Of a DNA stretch of 64,000 nt, positions 20,664 through 29,606 are shown piece by piece. A model generated the notes under the pieces. The model did no database searches and was not told where the DNA came from. It saw nothing but the letters and a program-made list of their open reading frames with translations. The position numbers and the translations under genes were made by a program. Source of the DNA: Nitrospinaceae bacterium (GTDB lineage: Bacteria > Nitrospinota > Nitrospinia > Nitrospinales > Nitrospinaceae); assembly GCA_965237905.1 (NCBI GenBank), contig OZ250172.1, positions 96,001 through 160,000 of the forward strand, read 5' to 3'. The first letter of the stretch is position 1. Each line of letters opens with the position of its first letter.

Positions 20664-21011
20664 TTAGATGTAATGGTCTTTCGCGTCTTTTCCCAAAATG
20701 GGAATCTGGCTCTCCATGCCAATGGCGCGGTCGACCGACCAGCAAAAAGCGATTCCATTCCCGCGTTCTCCCAACTTTCCAGCCTGATAGATGGCATCCA
20801 TAATTTGATCGGAGTTGAAATCCTCTACCAGAAACAGCAGCATGTCCTTCTGGGTTTCCATCGCCAAGCCGAAAAACGATTTCTGATCGCGTACCCCTTC
20901 TCCCCGCGCATTCAGAATAGTCGCTCCGGTGGCGCCTGCTTTTTTGGCGGCTTCGATGACCTCGTCCTGATAGTCATCGTTCACCAACGCCAGGATTACT
21001 TTAAAACGCAT
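20664..21011 (-). CDS. P-II family regulator
   Basis: AGATGATILNARGEG, GNGIAF. Confidence 0.88.
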   Translation of the reverse strand: MRFKVILALVNDDYQDEVIEAAKKAGATGATILNARGEGVRDQKSFFGLAMETQKDMLLFLVEDFNSDQIMDAIYQAGKLGERGNGIAFCWSVDRAIGMESQIPILGKDAKDHYI

Positions 21012-21029
21012 AGCAACCTCCTAAGGGTT

Positions 21030-21839
21030 TCATTTCATTGCTGAATCAGGCACCCTTGAGAAAAACCGTTCTTGGATCATAGCATACGCCAAAACGCTTA
21101 TCATAGGGAAAAGAGAGGCGAACGCGATCAGTCCGAAGCCATCCAACAAAGGCGAACTGCCGGGAACATTCGACGCCAATCCCAATCCCAATGCCACCAG
21201 CAGCGGTACGGTAACTGTCGAGGTCGTCACGCCGCCGGAATCATAAGCCAGAGGAACGATGAACTTGGGTGCAAAATAAGTTTGAATCATGAGAATCACA
21301 TAACCGGTGATGATGTAATAGTGAAGCGGAGTACCTTCTATAATCCGAAACGTCCCCAGCGCCACGCCGACTCCCACTCCAAACGCAACCGCTAACCGGA
21401 GGCCCAATGTCGAAATAGCGCCGGTGGAAATTTCCTTGGCTTTTAACGCGACGGCAATTAAGGCCGGCTCCGCCAAAGTAGTCGAAAACCCGATCAGAAA
21501 TCCAAATAAAATCACTTCGACATAAAATCCGGCACCGAGCCGTTTACCGTCGCTTAGGGCATCCAGGGTAGGGGAGCCGTCCGTCAGGAATTGCGGATCG
21601 GAAAGTTGTTGCGCCATGGCTGTACCCAGGGGAAAGATACATTCCTCCAGCCCGACAATAAACACAGCCAGCCCGAACACCACCATTCCCATTCCCGCTA
21701 GCATTTTTCTCCAGTGGGGTAGTCCCTTGCGAATGACGCCCCATTGAAAAAACGCGAACACCAGAAGGATTGGAAGAATATCCATCAGGGTGATGCGTAG
21801 CGAGTCGTAAATAATGTCGAGATAATTAAGTTCTTGCAT
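21030..21839 (-). CDS. DUF1538-family membrane protein
   Basis: TTLAEPAL, LAYDSGGVTTSTVTVP, DGFGLIAFAS. Confidence 0.88.
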   Translation of the reverse strand: MQELNYLDIIYDSLRITLMDILPILLVFAFFQWGVIRKGLPHWRKMLAGMGMVVFGLAVFIVGLEECIFPLGTAMAQQLSDPQFLTDGSPTLDALSDGKRLGAGFYVEVILFGFLIGFSTTLAEPALIAVALKAKEISTGAISTLGLRLAVAFGVGVGVALGTFRIIEGTPLHYYIITGYVILMIQTYFAPKFIVPLAYDSGGVTTSTVTVPLLVALGLGLASNVPGSSPLLDGFGLIAFASLFPMISVLAYAMIQERFFSRVPDSAMK

Positions 21840-21842
21840 GGT

Positions 21843-22589
21843 TCAACCTGGACCGAAAACAAAAATACCGTAAAGCATCACGAACAAAATGGGCGTCAAA
21901 CTGGCCAGGGCGATCAATCCAAATCCGTCGATGATCGGGTTTCTTCCCCGTATGGAGGTGGCCAGACCGATTCCCAGCGCGGTGATCAAGGGTACGGTGA
22001 TGGTGGAAGTGGTAATGCCTCCGGCATCATAGGCGATGCCGATGATTTCTTTGGGGGCAAAGAAAGTAGCCAGTACAATGAGTGAATAGCCTGCGAGAAT
22101 AAAAATCACCAGGGGCCAACCTTTGATGATGCGTATCACCCCGATCGCCCCGGCCAACCCCACAGCAAAGGCCGTGGTCAGGCGCAGTCCCCAGACATAC
22201 TCAGCAATCGATTCTTTTGTTCGGTTGATAACCCCGGCCTCGGCGGCAATCTGTCCGGCTTTCTGGGAAATCACCGTTAATGCAGGCTCGGCAATGGTGG
22301 TGGCGAATCCCAAAGTAAAACCGAACAGGACGATCCAATAGACGTTTCCTTTTAATGCAAACTCAACAGCCAGCCTTTCGCCGATAGGAAACAGGGCATT
22401 TCCCAATCCTTGGATAAAAATGAACAGGCCGATGACGACCAGAACAAATCCGAAAAGGGTTTCTTTGAGGTGGGGGAAGGGTTTCTGGATTACCGCCAAT
22501 TGAAAAAAGGTGATGACCAGAAGTATCGGCAGAACATCCAAGAAGGCCTGGAAAAATTTGGAGGCTAAAAATCGAAAGGTCTTAACCAT
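21843..22589 (-). CDS. DUF1538-family membrane protein
   Basis: TTIAEPAL, IAYDAGGITTSTITVP, DGFGLIALAS. Confidence 0.88.
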   Translation of the reverse strand: MVKTFRFLASKFFQAFLDVLPILLVITFFQLAVIQKPFPHLKETLFGFVLVVIGLFIFIQGLGNALFPIGERLAVEFALKGNVYWIVLFGFTLGFATTIAEPALTVISQKAGQIAAEAGVINRTKESIAEYVWGLRLTTAFAVGLAGAIGVIRIIKGWPLVIFILAGYSLIVLATFFAPKEIIGIAYDAGGITTSTITVPLITALGIGLATSIRGRNPIIDGFGLIALASLTPILFVMLYGIFVFGPG

Positions 22590-22717
22590 TGCTGGCCATG
22601 AATAACCAGGTGCTTACCCGGAAGAAGAAGCATTGTGGCAAGAGAGGCCGTGGCGAGATAGCTCAGTGAGGAATCTTACTGCAATCCGGGAAGGTATGAG
22701 AGGTCAGGAAAAAAGGA

Positions 22718-22990
22718 TTACTTTTCCGAAGACTCAGGGGACTCGCTCACCTCAGCTGTTTCGCCAGTGCTTTCAGGAACTGCTTTCGGATCCTCGGCGC
22801 CCTCAATACTTCCCTCGGTTTGATCTCCGGCAGCAAGCTCTTCCTGTTGCTCGGCATCCTTCATGGAAGTTTTGAAGTTTTTGATACTTCTGCCAAAAGC
22901 ACTACCAATTTCCGGAAGTTTTCCTGCCCCAAAAATGATCATTATGATGACCAGAATGATCATTAATTCCGGAAAGCCTAAACCCATCAT
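22718..22990 (-). CDS. tatA: Twin-arginine translocase TatA/E subunit
   Basis: GLGFPEL...IFGAGKLPEIG...IKNFK. Confidence 0.93.
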   Translation of the reverse strand: MMGLGFPELMIILVIIMIIFGAGKLPEIGSAFGRSIKNFKTSMKDAEQQEELAAGDQTEGSIEGAEDPKAVPESTGETAEVSESPESSEK

Positions 22991-23128
22991 AGTAATTTCT
23001 CCATCTGAACATTAATATTGAGTGCCCGAGTATAACAAAAATTGTTGGAAAACCAACCTTTTAATGGTCTTATTTGCTAGAGTGGGTCGGCAAATACCTT
23101 TTAAAATCAAACTCATTGGATTGAGATC

Positions 23129-23626
23129 GTGAATCAAGACTTTATATTGGAATTATTTTATTCCCTGCATGGGGACTTGGATCAAATCAATGCGGCGATC
23201 GATGCCAAGTTGGGTTGGGACGGCTCGCGAAAAATTACGACCTTTGAATTGTTTATCAAAAGCCGTATCAGCCGGAATGCGAAAGCTCTGAAAATGGCGA
23301 ATATGGAAATCAATCCGTATGAAGCAACCTATTTGAGCCTTTATCCAGATTTATCCGAGGTGGAATTTCTCGATTTGAGGAAGAATTTCCTGGGGGATAC
23401 CGGATTGCAAGCGATCGCTGTGTCTCCGGTTCTAAAAAATCTGAAGGAGCTGGATTTGAGAAATAATCAAATCACCCGTGTCGGTCTGGAATTTCTTTCC
23501 CGGAACACTACCTTAACTAAGCTGGAAAAATTGGATTTACGATCCAATAAATTTGGCAAGCGGTGGGAGGAGAAATTAAAGGAAAGTGATCGGCTTCCTC
23601 ATTTAAGAGAAGTAAAAACGTTGTGA
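23129..23626 (+). CDS. Leucine-rich-repeat protein
   Basis: LDLRKNFLGD, LKELDLRNNQIT, LEKLDLRSNKFG. Confidence 0.8.
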   Translation: MNQDFILELFYSLHGDLDQINAAIDAKLGWDGSRKITTFELFIKSRISRNAKALKMANMEINPYEATYLSLYPDLSEVEFLDLRKNFLGDTGLQAIAVSPVLKNLKELDLRNNQITRVGLEFLSRNTTLTKLEKLDLRSNKFGKRWEEKLKESDRLPHLREVKTL

Positions 23627-23638
23627 CTTCCGAGCTTG

Positions 23639-23932
23639 TCAAATAATCTCCCGGGTTTTATTCTCACGGATTTTCTGAATCATTTTTTCTGCCAGCTCCT
23701 GGGCTTTCACCTCATACGTTCCGTTGGCAAGAGAGACCTTGTATTTGTTGACCAGGTCCTGCCTGATTTCAGGCGAACCTTCAGTCTTATCCACGACACT
23801 CTTTAAAACCTCCTGAAAAGACGCTTTTTGAGTAGGCAGGTTTTCAGAATCCTTTTTCGAAGGAACTTCCTGTTCCAATCGCCGAGGCGTCAGGTTTTTC
23901 CCAGAAGTGGAATTTAAGTAAAACTCATTCAT
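23639..23932 (-). CDS. flgM: Anti-sigma28 factor FlgM-like protein
   Basis: PEIRQDLVNKYKVSLANGTYEVKAQELAEKM resembles the FlgM C-terminal motif; sigma28-like promoter upstream. Confidence 0.75.
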   Translation of the reverse strand: MNEFYLNSTSGKNLTPRRLEQEVPSKKDSENLPTQKASFQEVLKSVVDKTEGSPEIRQDLVNKYKVSLANGTYEVKAQELAEKMIQKIRENKTREII

Positions 23933-23975
23933 CGCGGGTATTTGTATTCCTCCATAATTTTACTTCTCTGTATAT

Positions 23976-24003
23976 TTTTCGGCTTTTTGTGAAAGTTTCT
24001 TGA
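23976..24003 (-). promoter_or_regulatory. sigma28 (FliA)-like promoter for flgM
   Basis: Minus strand TCAAG-N15-GCCGAAAA (consensus TAAA-N15-GCCGATAA). Confidence 0.6.
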
Positions 24004-24121
24004 GGGTGGACCAGGTAGGATCCTAGAAAAAGGCAGATGTAAATCCCCGATAACAAAGGCAAACTAACATTAAATGTAATTTAGTATTGCTTCCAACCAA
24101 TTGAATTTATATACTTTATTT

Positions 24122-24195
24122 AACTGGTTTTTCTCCTGATGAGGGCTTGCTTGAGGAAAAGTCTCCCCGCCTCCCCAAGTGAGCCCTTACTTTTT
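24122..24195 (+). ncRNA. Candidate sRNA of about 74 nt with a C-rich loop
   Basis: TTGCTT-N17-TATACT promoter at 24087-24115; hairpin of about 18 bp at 24140-24189 followed by CTTTTT. Confidence 0.4.
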
Positions 24196-24302
24196 GCCTT
24201 GAATTCCCATTCCTTAATCCCATTTCTCCGGATGCCGTCACCGCATATTGATTTCTGCGAAAGTTTGTTAGAATAAAAAGTCACTATTCAGGGAGAAGAT
24301 TT

Positions 24303-24515
24303 ATGACCCATCAAAATATTCATGTGGAAGGAATGACCTGCGATCATTGTGTGGAAACAGTAACCAAGGCGGTTCATTCCCTCGCTGGAATCAGTCAGGT
24401 ATCGGTAGATCTGGAGAAAGACCAAGTCAGCGTGGATTTCGATGAAAACCGGACAGATCTGGATGCTATTTCTTCAAAGATTGTTGAGGTGGGATTCGAA
24501 GTGGTTTCGAATTAA
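24303..24515 (+). CDS. copZ: Copper chaperone CopZ (HMA domain)
   Basis: VEGMTCDHC; 70 aa. Confidence 0.88.
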   Translation: MTHQNIHVEGMTCDHCVETVTKAVHSLAGISQVSVDLEKDQVSVDFDENRTDLDAISSKIVEVGFEVVSN

Positions 24516-24529
24516 ATCTTTTCAAATAT

Positions 24530-25675
24530 TCAGGATAGATATTTTCCAACTTCCACGAAAACCGTTTTTTCAATGCCCTCACGAATAATTCTAAGGCGCA
24601 CTGATTTTCCTACACGAGATTCGGCAACGAGTTTTTGCAGGCTTTTAGAATCGAGGACGATTTGCCCATCATAAGAAATAATAATATCGCCCTGAAGTAA
24701 TCCGGCCTTGTGTGCCGGCGCTCCGGTATTCACGCTGTTGACCAACACCTCATCTTCTCGCGAGACCGCAAAGGACACGGCCAGCTCCGGGGTCAGTGAT
24801 TGAATCCCCACTCCCAGCCATCCCCGTTCCACGGTCCCCTTATCGATCAGGGAATCCGCAATTCTAGCCGCCATTTCCATAGGGATAGCAAAGCCAATCC
24901 CGGATCCGATCTCTGCAATAGCGGTATTGATACCAATGACGTTCCCATCCAAATCGATTAAGGGTCCACCACTGTTTCCCGGATTGATCGAGGCGTCGGT
25001 TTGAAGAAAGTTTTCAAATGTAGCGATTCCTAAATCAGACCTATGGGTGCCACTGATCACACCCACAGTCACCGTGCCATCCAATCCATAAGGGTTTCCA
25101 ATGGCCATGACCCATTCACCCACTCCCAGGTTTTTGGTGGAACCGAAAGAGGGCACGGGAAAACTTGAAAAAGAGAAAATTTTAAGAACAGCCAAGTCCG
25201 TGAGTGGGTCCACTCCAACCACTTTTGCGGAAAATTCCCTCTGGTCCATCAGTTTGACCATGATCTCGTCCACATTCTCGATCACATGATAATTGGTCAG
25301 AATATAACCCCGGGAATCGTAAATAACTCCCGAACCCAGATTTTCCACGAGGTATTTCTTCTTGAGTGAATCAGACAGCCAACCCTGAAATTTGTTTAAC
25401 CAGCCATCTCCCTTACGGAGCTTTCTCTTCTTGGAGGGCATTTCCACCAGCTCGTTGACACTCACTACGGTAGGTTTTAACTGCTTGGCATTGCGGATGA
25501 ACGCATTCTGCAGTTCGACGATATCTTGATAACCTTCAAGGTCATCATAAATACTGGGTTGCAGACTGACGGGTTGGGAGGAGGGAAGGGAGGTTTCGTG
25601 TCTTCCATTGTTATAATTGATGAGCGCGGCACCCCCGACTAAAAGAAAGAAGACCGCTAAAGTGATTTTTTTCAT
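24530..25675 (-). CDS. HtrA/DegP-family serine protease with one PDZ domain
   Basis: TNYHV, DLAVL, QTDASINPGNSGGPL, RGWLGV. Confidence 0.93.
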   Translation of the reverse strand: MKKITLAVFFLLVGGAALINYNNGRHETSLPSSQPVSLQPSIYDDLEGYQDIVELQNAFIRNAKQLKPTVVSVNELVEMPSKKRKLRKGDGWLNKFQGWLSDSLKKKYLVENLGSGVIYDSRGYILTNYHVIENVDEIMVKLMDQREFSAKVVGVDPLTDLAVLKIFSFSSFPVPSFGSTKNLGVGEWVMAIGNPYGLDGTVTVGVISGTHRSDLGIATFENFLQTDASINPGNSGGPLIDLDGNVIGINTAIAEIGSGIGFAIPMEMAARIADSLIDKGTVERGWLGVGIQSLTPELAVSFAVSREDEVLVNSVNTGAPAHKAGLLQGDIIISYDGQIVLDSKSLQKLVAESRVGKSVRLRIIREGIEKTVFVEVGKYLS

Positions 25676-25707
25676 TTCATATTCTCAAGTTCGCTTTATG
25701 CATCGTA

Positions 25708-26448
25708 TCAAACTTGCTTCATACCTGTATATAGAATAACGATGCCAAAGGTCAATTCCTTGTAAGTAACACTCGTGAATCCAGCCTGTTCCATCAAACT
25801 CGAAAACTGCTTTCGCACAGGGAACGAAGCCACCGTTTTCGGAAGATAGGTATAGGCGCTGGGATGCTTGGAGATCAGACGGCCGACCTTGGGTAACAAG
25901 AACTCAAAATAAAATCGATAGAGAGCATTTAAAATAGAATTTTTGGGTAGGGAAAATTCCAGAATCACGCATCGGCCTCCGGGTTTGAGGACCCTATGCA
26001 TTTCGCGCAAACTTCGACCCACATCGGAAAAATTGCGGACGCCAAAAGCGGTCGTCGTGCCATCAAAATAATTATCCTCAAAGGGCAGGCTTTCCGCAGA
26101 ACCACTTTCCAGCTGAATGGAATGGGCTCTGTCCTGCGAATCTATCTTTTGTTGAGCCAATTCCAGCATCTTCTCACTGAAATCCATTCCAACGACCTGA
26201 ACCCCCTTAGAGACATTTCGAGTGATTTCCAGGGCGACATCTGCGGTGCCGGTGGCTATATCCAAAAAGCGCTCCCCTGCTTGCGGGGACAACCGGGTCA
26301 CCGCCCGCTTCCTCCAGTATTGATCCTGACCGCAACTCAACAACCGGTTTAAAAGGTCGTAGCGGGGCGCGATATCACTGAACATTTTCTGCACCTGCCG
26401 ATTTAAGGTGGCAGGAGTTTCCATGGGCTCTATCATGGGATTATTCAT
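25708..26448 (-). CDS. ubiE: UbiE/MenG C-methyltransferase
   Basis: MFSDIAPRYDLLN, LDIATGTAD, FGVRN, RVLKPGG, ILEFS, AYTYL. Confidence 0.93.
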   Translation of the reverse strand: MNNPMIEPMETPATLNRQVQKMFSDIAPRYDLLNRLLSCGQDQYWRKRAVTRLSPQAGERFLDIATGTADVALEITRNVSKGVQVVGMDFSEKMLELAQQKIDSQDRAHSIQLESGSAESLPFEDNYFDGTTTAFGVRNFSDVGRSLREMHRVLKPGGRCVILEFSLPKNSILNALYRFYFEFLLPKVGRLISKHPSAYTYLPKTVASFPVRKQFSSLMEQAGFTSVTYKELTFGIVILYTGMKQV

Positions 26449-26566
26449 TTCTCGAGATAAATGCTATTTTTGAGTGGCCTCAGGGTAGCAGAATTTGACT
26501 CCTGGGATGAATTTATTTAAAATTTTTCCGTCGTGGAATTCAATCCATTCTCTTGAGGATATTGTT

Positions 26567-27115
26567 ATGAAAAAGGTTCTGGTGGCACTGGCGCCGGGGT
26601 TTGAAGAAATTGAAACCATCACCGTAGTGGATATCCTGAGAAGGGCGGGGGCCAGAGTGGTTTTGGCCGCGACTGAAGAAGGGCTTATCGAGGGATCACG
26701 CGGGGTGTCTGTCCTTCCGGATACTTTGATTGATCAAGTCGATGACAAGGATTTCGATCTGGTGGTTTTACCAGGTGGCCAACCGGGAACCGCCAATCTT
26801 CAAAATAATAAAGCGGTAAAAGCTATCATTCAAAATATGTACCGATCCCACAAACAGATCGCCGCCATTTGCGCCGCCCCCACAATTCTCCACTCCGCAG
26901 GGATCTTGAAAAACACGGTTGCCACTTCCCATCCTTCCGTCAAGGACCAGTTGAAGGACATCGATTATTCCGAAGAGCGGGTGGTGGTCGACGGCAATAT
27001 AGTGACCAGCCGGAGCCCCGGCACGGCCCTCGAATTTGCCCTCAAATTAGTGGAAATTCTGTTTGGCAGGGACCGCATGGACACCGTGAACCAGGGGGTT
27101 ATGGCCCGCCTATAA
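26567..27115 (+). CDS. DJ-1/YajL/PfpI-family protein
   Basis: GFEEIE, LPGG, AICAAP, TSRSPGTA; start reassigned to ATG 26567 after a GAGG RBS. Confidence 0.9.
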   Translation: MKKVLVALAPGFEEIETITVVDILRRAGARVVLAATEEGLIEGSRGVSVLPDTLIDQVDDKDFDLVVLPGGQPGTANLQNNKAVKAIIQNMYRSHKQIAAICAAPTILHSAGILKNTVATSHPSVKDQLKDIDYSEERVVVDGNIVTSRSPGTALEFALKLVEILFGRDRMDTVNQGVMARL

Positions 27116-27331
27116 TGGACTTCCTCAATTTATAATAGATAAATAATTGATTTATATAGATTTATTATATTAGAATACACATTGGGCTTGCCGGAATAGC
27201 TCTCGAAACTGTATATTTTGCACAAAATTTAAATCTTTTTGCTGTCAAATCCATCCCTATTAACCATAGAGGTCCAATCGGAAACGGTTGACCTGGTTTT
27301 GTTCAGTTTTCCTACTGAAGGAGGCTTGAGG

Positions 27332-27607
27332 ATGTATATTAATGTTTCCAGGAGTCAATCCTTGATAAATAAAAATCGTTTCGCCAAGAGTTCCCGGAGT
27401 TCGGCGAAAACGGAACCCGCCCCACGGTGCAACCATTGTGGAGGTTTGGTCCGGCCTTCCGGTGAGATCAGCAGTTGTATTATGTGCTCACGTATTTTCG
27501 GTCATCAGTGCGATAACTGTGCCTATAGCCAGCAAATCTCCGGAAACCATAAAACAAAAAGAGCAAAGAAAAGGGCGGGCCCTCTAGCGAGGAAGGCGAC
27601 TTGCTAA
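27332..27607 (+). CDS. Small basic Cys-rich (zinc-ribbon-like) protein
   Basis: AGGAGG RBS; CNHC, CIMC, HQCDNC motifs. Confidence 0.65.
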   Translation: MYINVSRSQSLINKNRFAKSSRSSAKTEPAPRCNHCGGLVRPSGEISSCIMCSRIFGHQCDNCAYSQQISGNHKTKRAKKRAGPLARKATC

Positions 27608-27683
27608 CGGTAGACAGCAAACGATGACTACTGGGCGCAATTTAATAATGGGTCCAGCGTCACGCTGGTTTCCCGCTCTTTTT

Positions 27684-28567
27684 TTATGTCCGCAAGTTCC
27701 CCTCCAAAACCGTTATAGCTTGCCCACCCACTTGAATAGAATGAATTTTTTCTCCAGTTCTCCTGACGCTCACCTGAATGGTGGAGGGGCGATTCATCTC
27801 AAATCCCTGCTCAATGACAATCGCGGACGGGTCAAGGTTCTCAATAACCTTATGGTGAACCAGATAAGCCCCTAAAGCGCCGCCGGCACTTCCGGTGGCT
27901 GGATCTTCCGGGATTCCTATAAATAAAAGGGGCAAAAGCTCTGGCATGGACCGTCGAGCGAGACTCCAGAGTTTCGCTGGTAAATACATAAATCATATCC
28001 ACACTGCCCAAAATCTGCCTTAAAACCGTGAGATTCAATTCCACCCGCTGGAGTGCGTCCAAATTTGTCAATGGCACGTACAAAGCAGGAAACCCCGTGG
28101 AAACGATCTGGAGCGGGAAACGAGAATCAATTTCCCGTGGGTCAAGCGAGAGGGCTGCGGCCACCTGATCCACGGCTTTCACAGTATCTCCAAAGCTGGG
28201 AAGGGGCTTGCTCCATGAACAGAGTATTTTGCCTTCTGGAAACCTTGATCAGGCCGACACCTATTTCCAAGATCATGGAGTCGCTTGCGGAAGCAATTTT
28301 CCCTAATTCCCACAGGATATGTGCGGTTCCCAGGGTTGGATGACCGGCGAAAGGTATTTCCTTGCCGGGTGTGAATATTCTGATTCTAAAATCTGCCTCG
28401 GGATTTGAGGGAGGATATACAAAGGTGGTTTCCGACAGGTTCATTTCCCGGGCGATTTGCAGGTGAACCGCTTCCTCCATATTTCCGGGCTCCGGGAAGA
28501 CTGCCAGGGGATTACCCCCAAACATCCGATCCGTGAACACATCGACCTGGAAGAATTTTTGCCCCAT
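27684..28567 (-). pseudogene. PhzF-family isomerase interrupted by two frameshifts
   Basis: Motifs VDVF..GGNP, MNLSET, EIPFAGHPT / STG / EDPATGSA, EQG.EMNRPS lie in three different frames. Confidence 0.85.
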
Positions 28568-28676
28568 ACTCTCTTGGTTCCCATAACATATATTATGTCA
28601 ACTAACGCTAGAACTCGAATATGAAGAGTCAGGTCGAACAAACTTAGAAGTAACTTTAAGGAAGGACTTCTTCTAC

Positions 28677-29606
28677 TTACTTTAGAAGACTTTTTACAGC
28701 AGCTTGAATATGCTCAGCGGAGAGTCCGTATTTGGCGTAAAGTTCTTTTAGAGAGCCGGTTTCGGCAAACGTGTCTCTCACGCCAATACGTTTAACCGGA
28801 ACTTGAATATTATTATCGGCCAGAACTTCGAGGACCGCATCTCCCAAACCGCCGATAACATTATGGTCTTCAGCGGTCACCACGGCGCCGTTTTTCTTTG
28901 CCTGATCGATGATCAGCTGGCTGTCGATGGGTTTTATGGTGGAAATATTAACCAGCGTCGGATTAATGTTTTCGCCTTCAAGAAGCGTCATGGCCTCCAG
29001 GCTCTCCTGCACCATGCCGCCAGTCGCGAAAATAACCACATCCTGGCCCTGATTGACCACATTTCCCTTGCCGATCTGAAATTTGTAGGAACTGTCGTAG
29101 ATGCCCTTCACCTTGGGACGTCCCAGCCGCATATAAGCCGGTCCAAAATGATCCGCCAAGGCCCGCGTCGCCTGTACGGCTTCTTCATAGTCCGCCGGCT
29201 GAATGACCGTCATGTTGGGTATGGCCCGTGTATAAGCCAGATCGACGATCATCTGAGCCGTCGGTCCGTCTTCCCCCACAGCCAGGCCGGAATGAGTTCC
29301 CACCAGTTTGACGTTGGTATTGGAGTAAGCCACGCTGACCAGGGTCTGATCCATGGTCCGTCCCAGTAGAAAACAGGCGAAACTGGTCGCGAAAGCCACC
29401 TTGCCGGTAGTCGCTAATCCAGCGGCGGTACAAACCATATCCCCTTCGCTGATGCCCATATTGAAAAAGCGGTCCGGATATTTGTCGCCAAACTTCTTGC
29501 TCCGGGTACTGTCACTCACCCCGGCATCGAGTACGACAATTCTAGGGTCAGCGCCTATTTCCTCGAGGCAAGCCCCGTAGCCGTCTCTGGTGGCCCCGTC
29601 TTTCAT
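28677..29606 (-). CDS. Transketolase, C-terminal subunit
   Basis: FFNMGISE, GEDGPT, TIKPID, AEDH. Confidence 0.93.
   Translation of the reverse strand: MKDGATRDGYGACLEEIGADPRIVVLDAGVSDSTRSKKFGDKYPDRFFNMGISEGDMVCTAAGLATTGKVAFATSFACFLLGRTMDQTLVSVAYSNTNVKLVGTHSGLAVGEDGPTAQMIVDLAYTRAIPNMTVIQPADYEEAVQATRALADHFGPAYMRLGRPKVKGIYDSSYKFQIGKGNVVNQGQDVVIFATGGMVQESLEAMTLLEGENINPTLVNISTIKPIDSQLIIDQAKKNGAVVTAEDHNVIGGLGDAVLEVLADNNIQVPVKRIGVRDTFAETGSLKELYAKYGLSAEHIQAAVKSLLK

Noticed and set aside
27617..27648. GCAAACGATGACTAC...TTTAATAA resembles a tmRNA tag frame (ANDDY)
   Set aside because: Frame continues WAQFNN with no ALAA-stop, and no tRNA-like ends are nearby.
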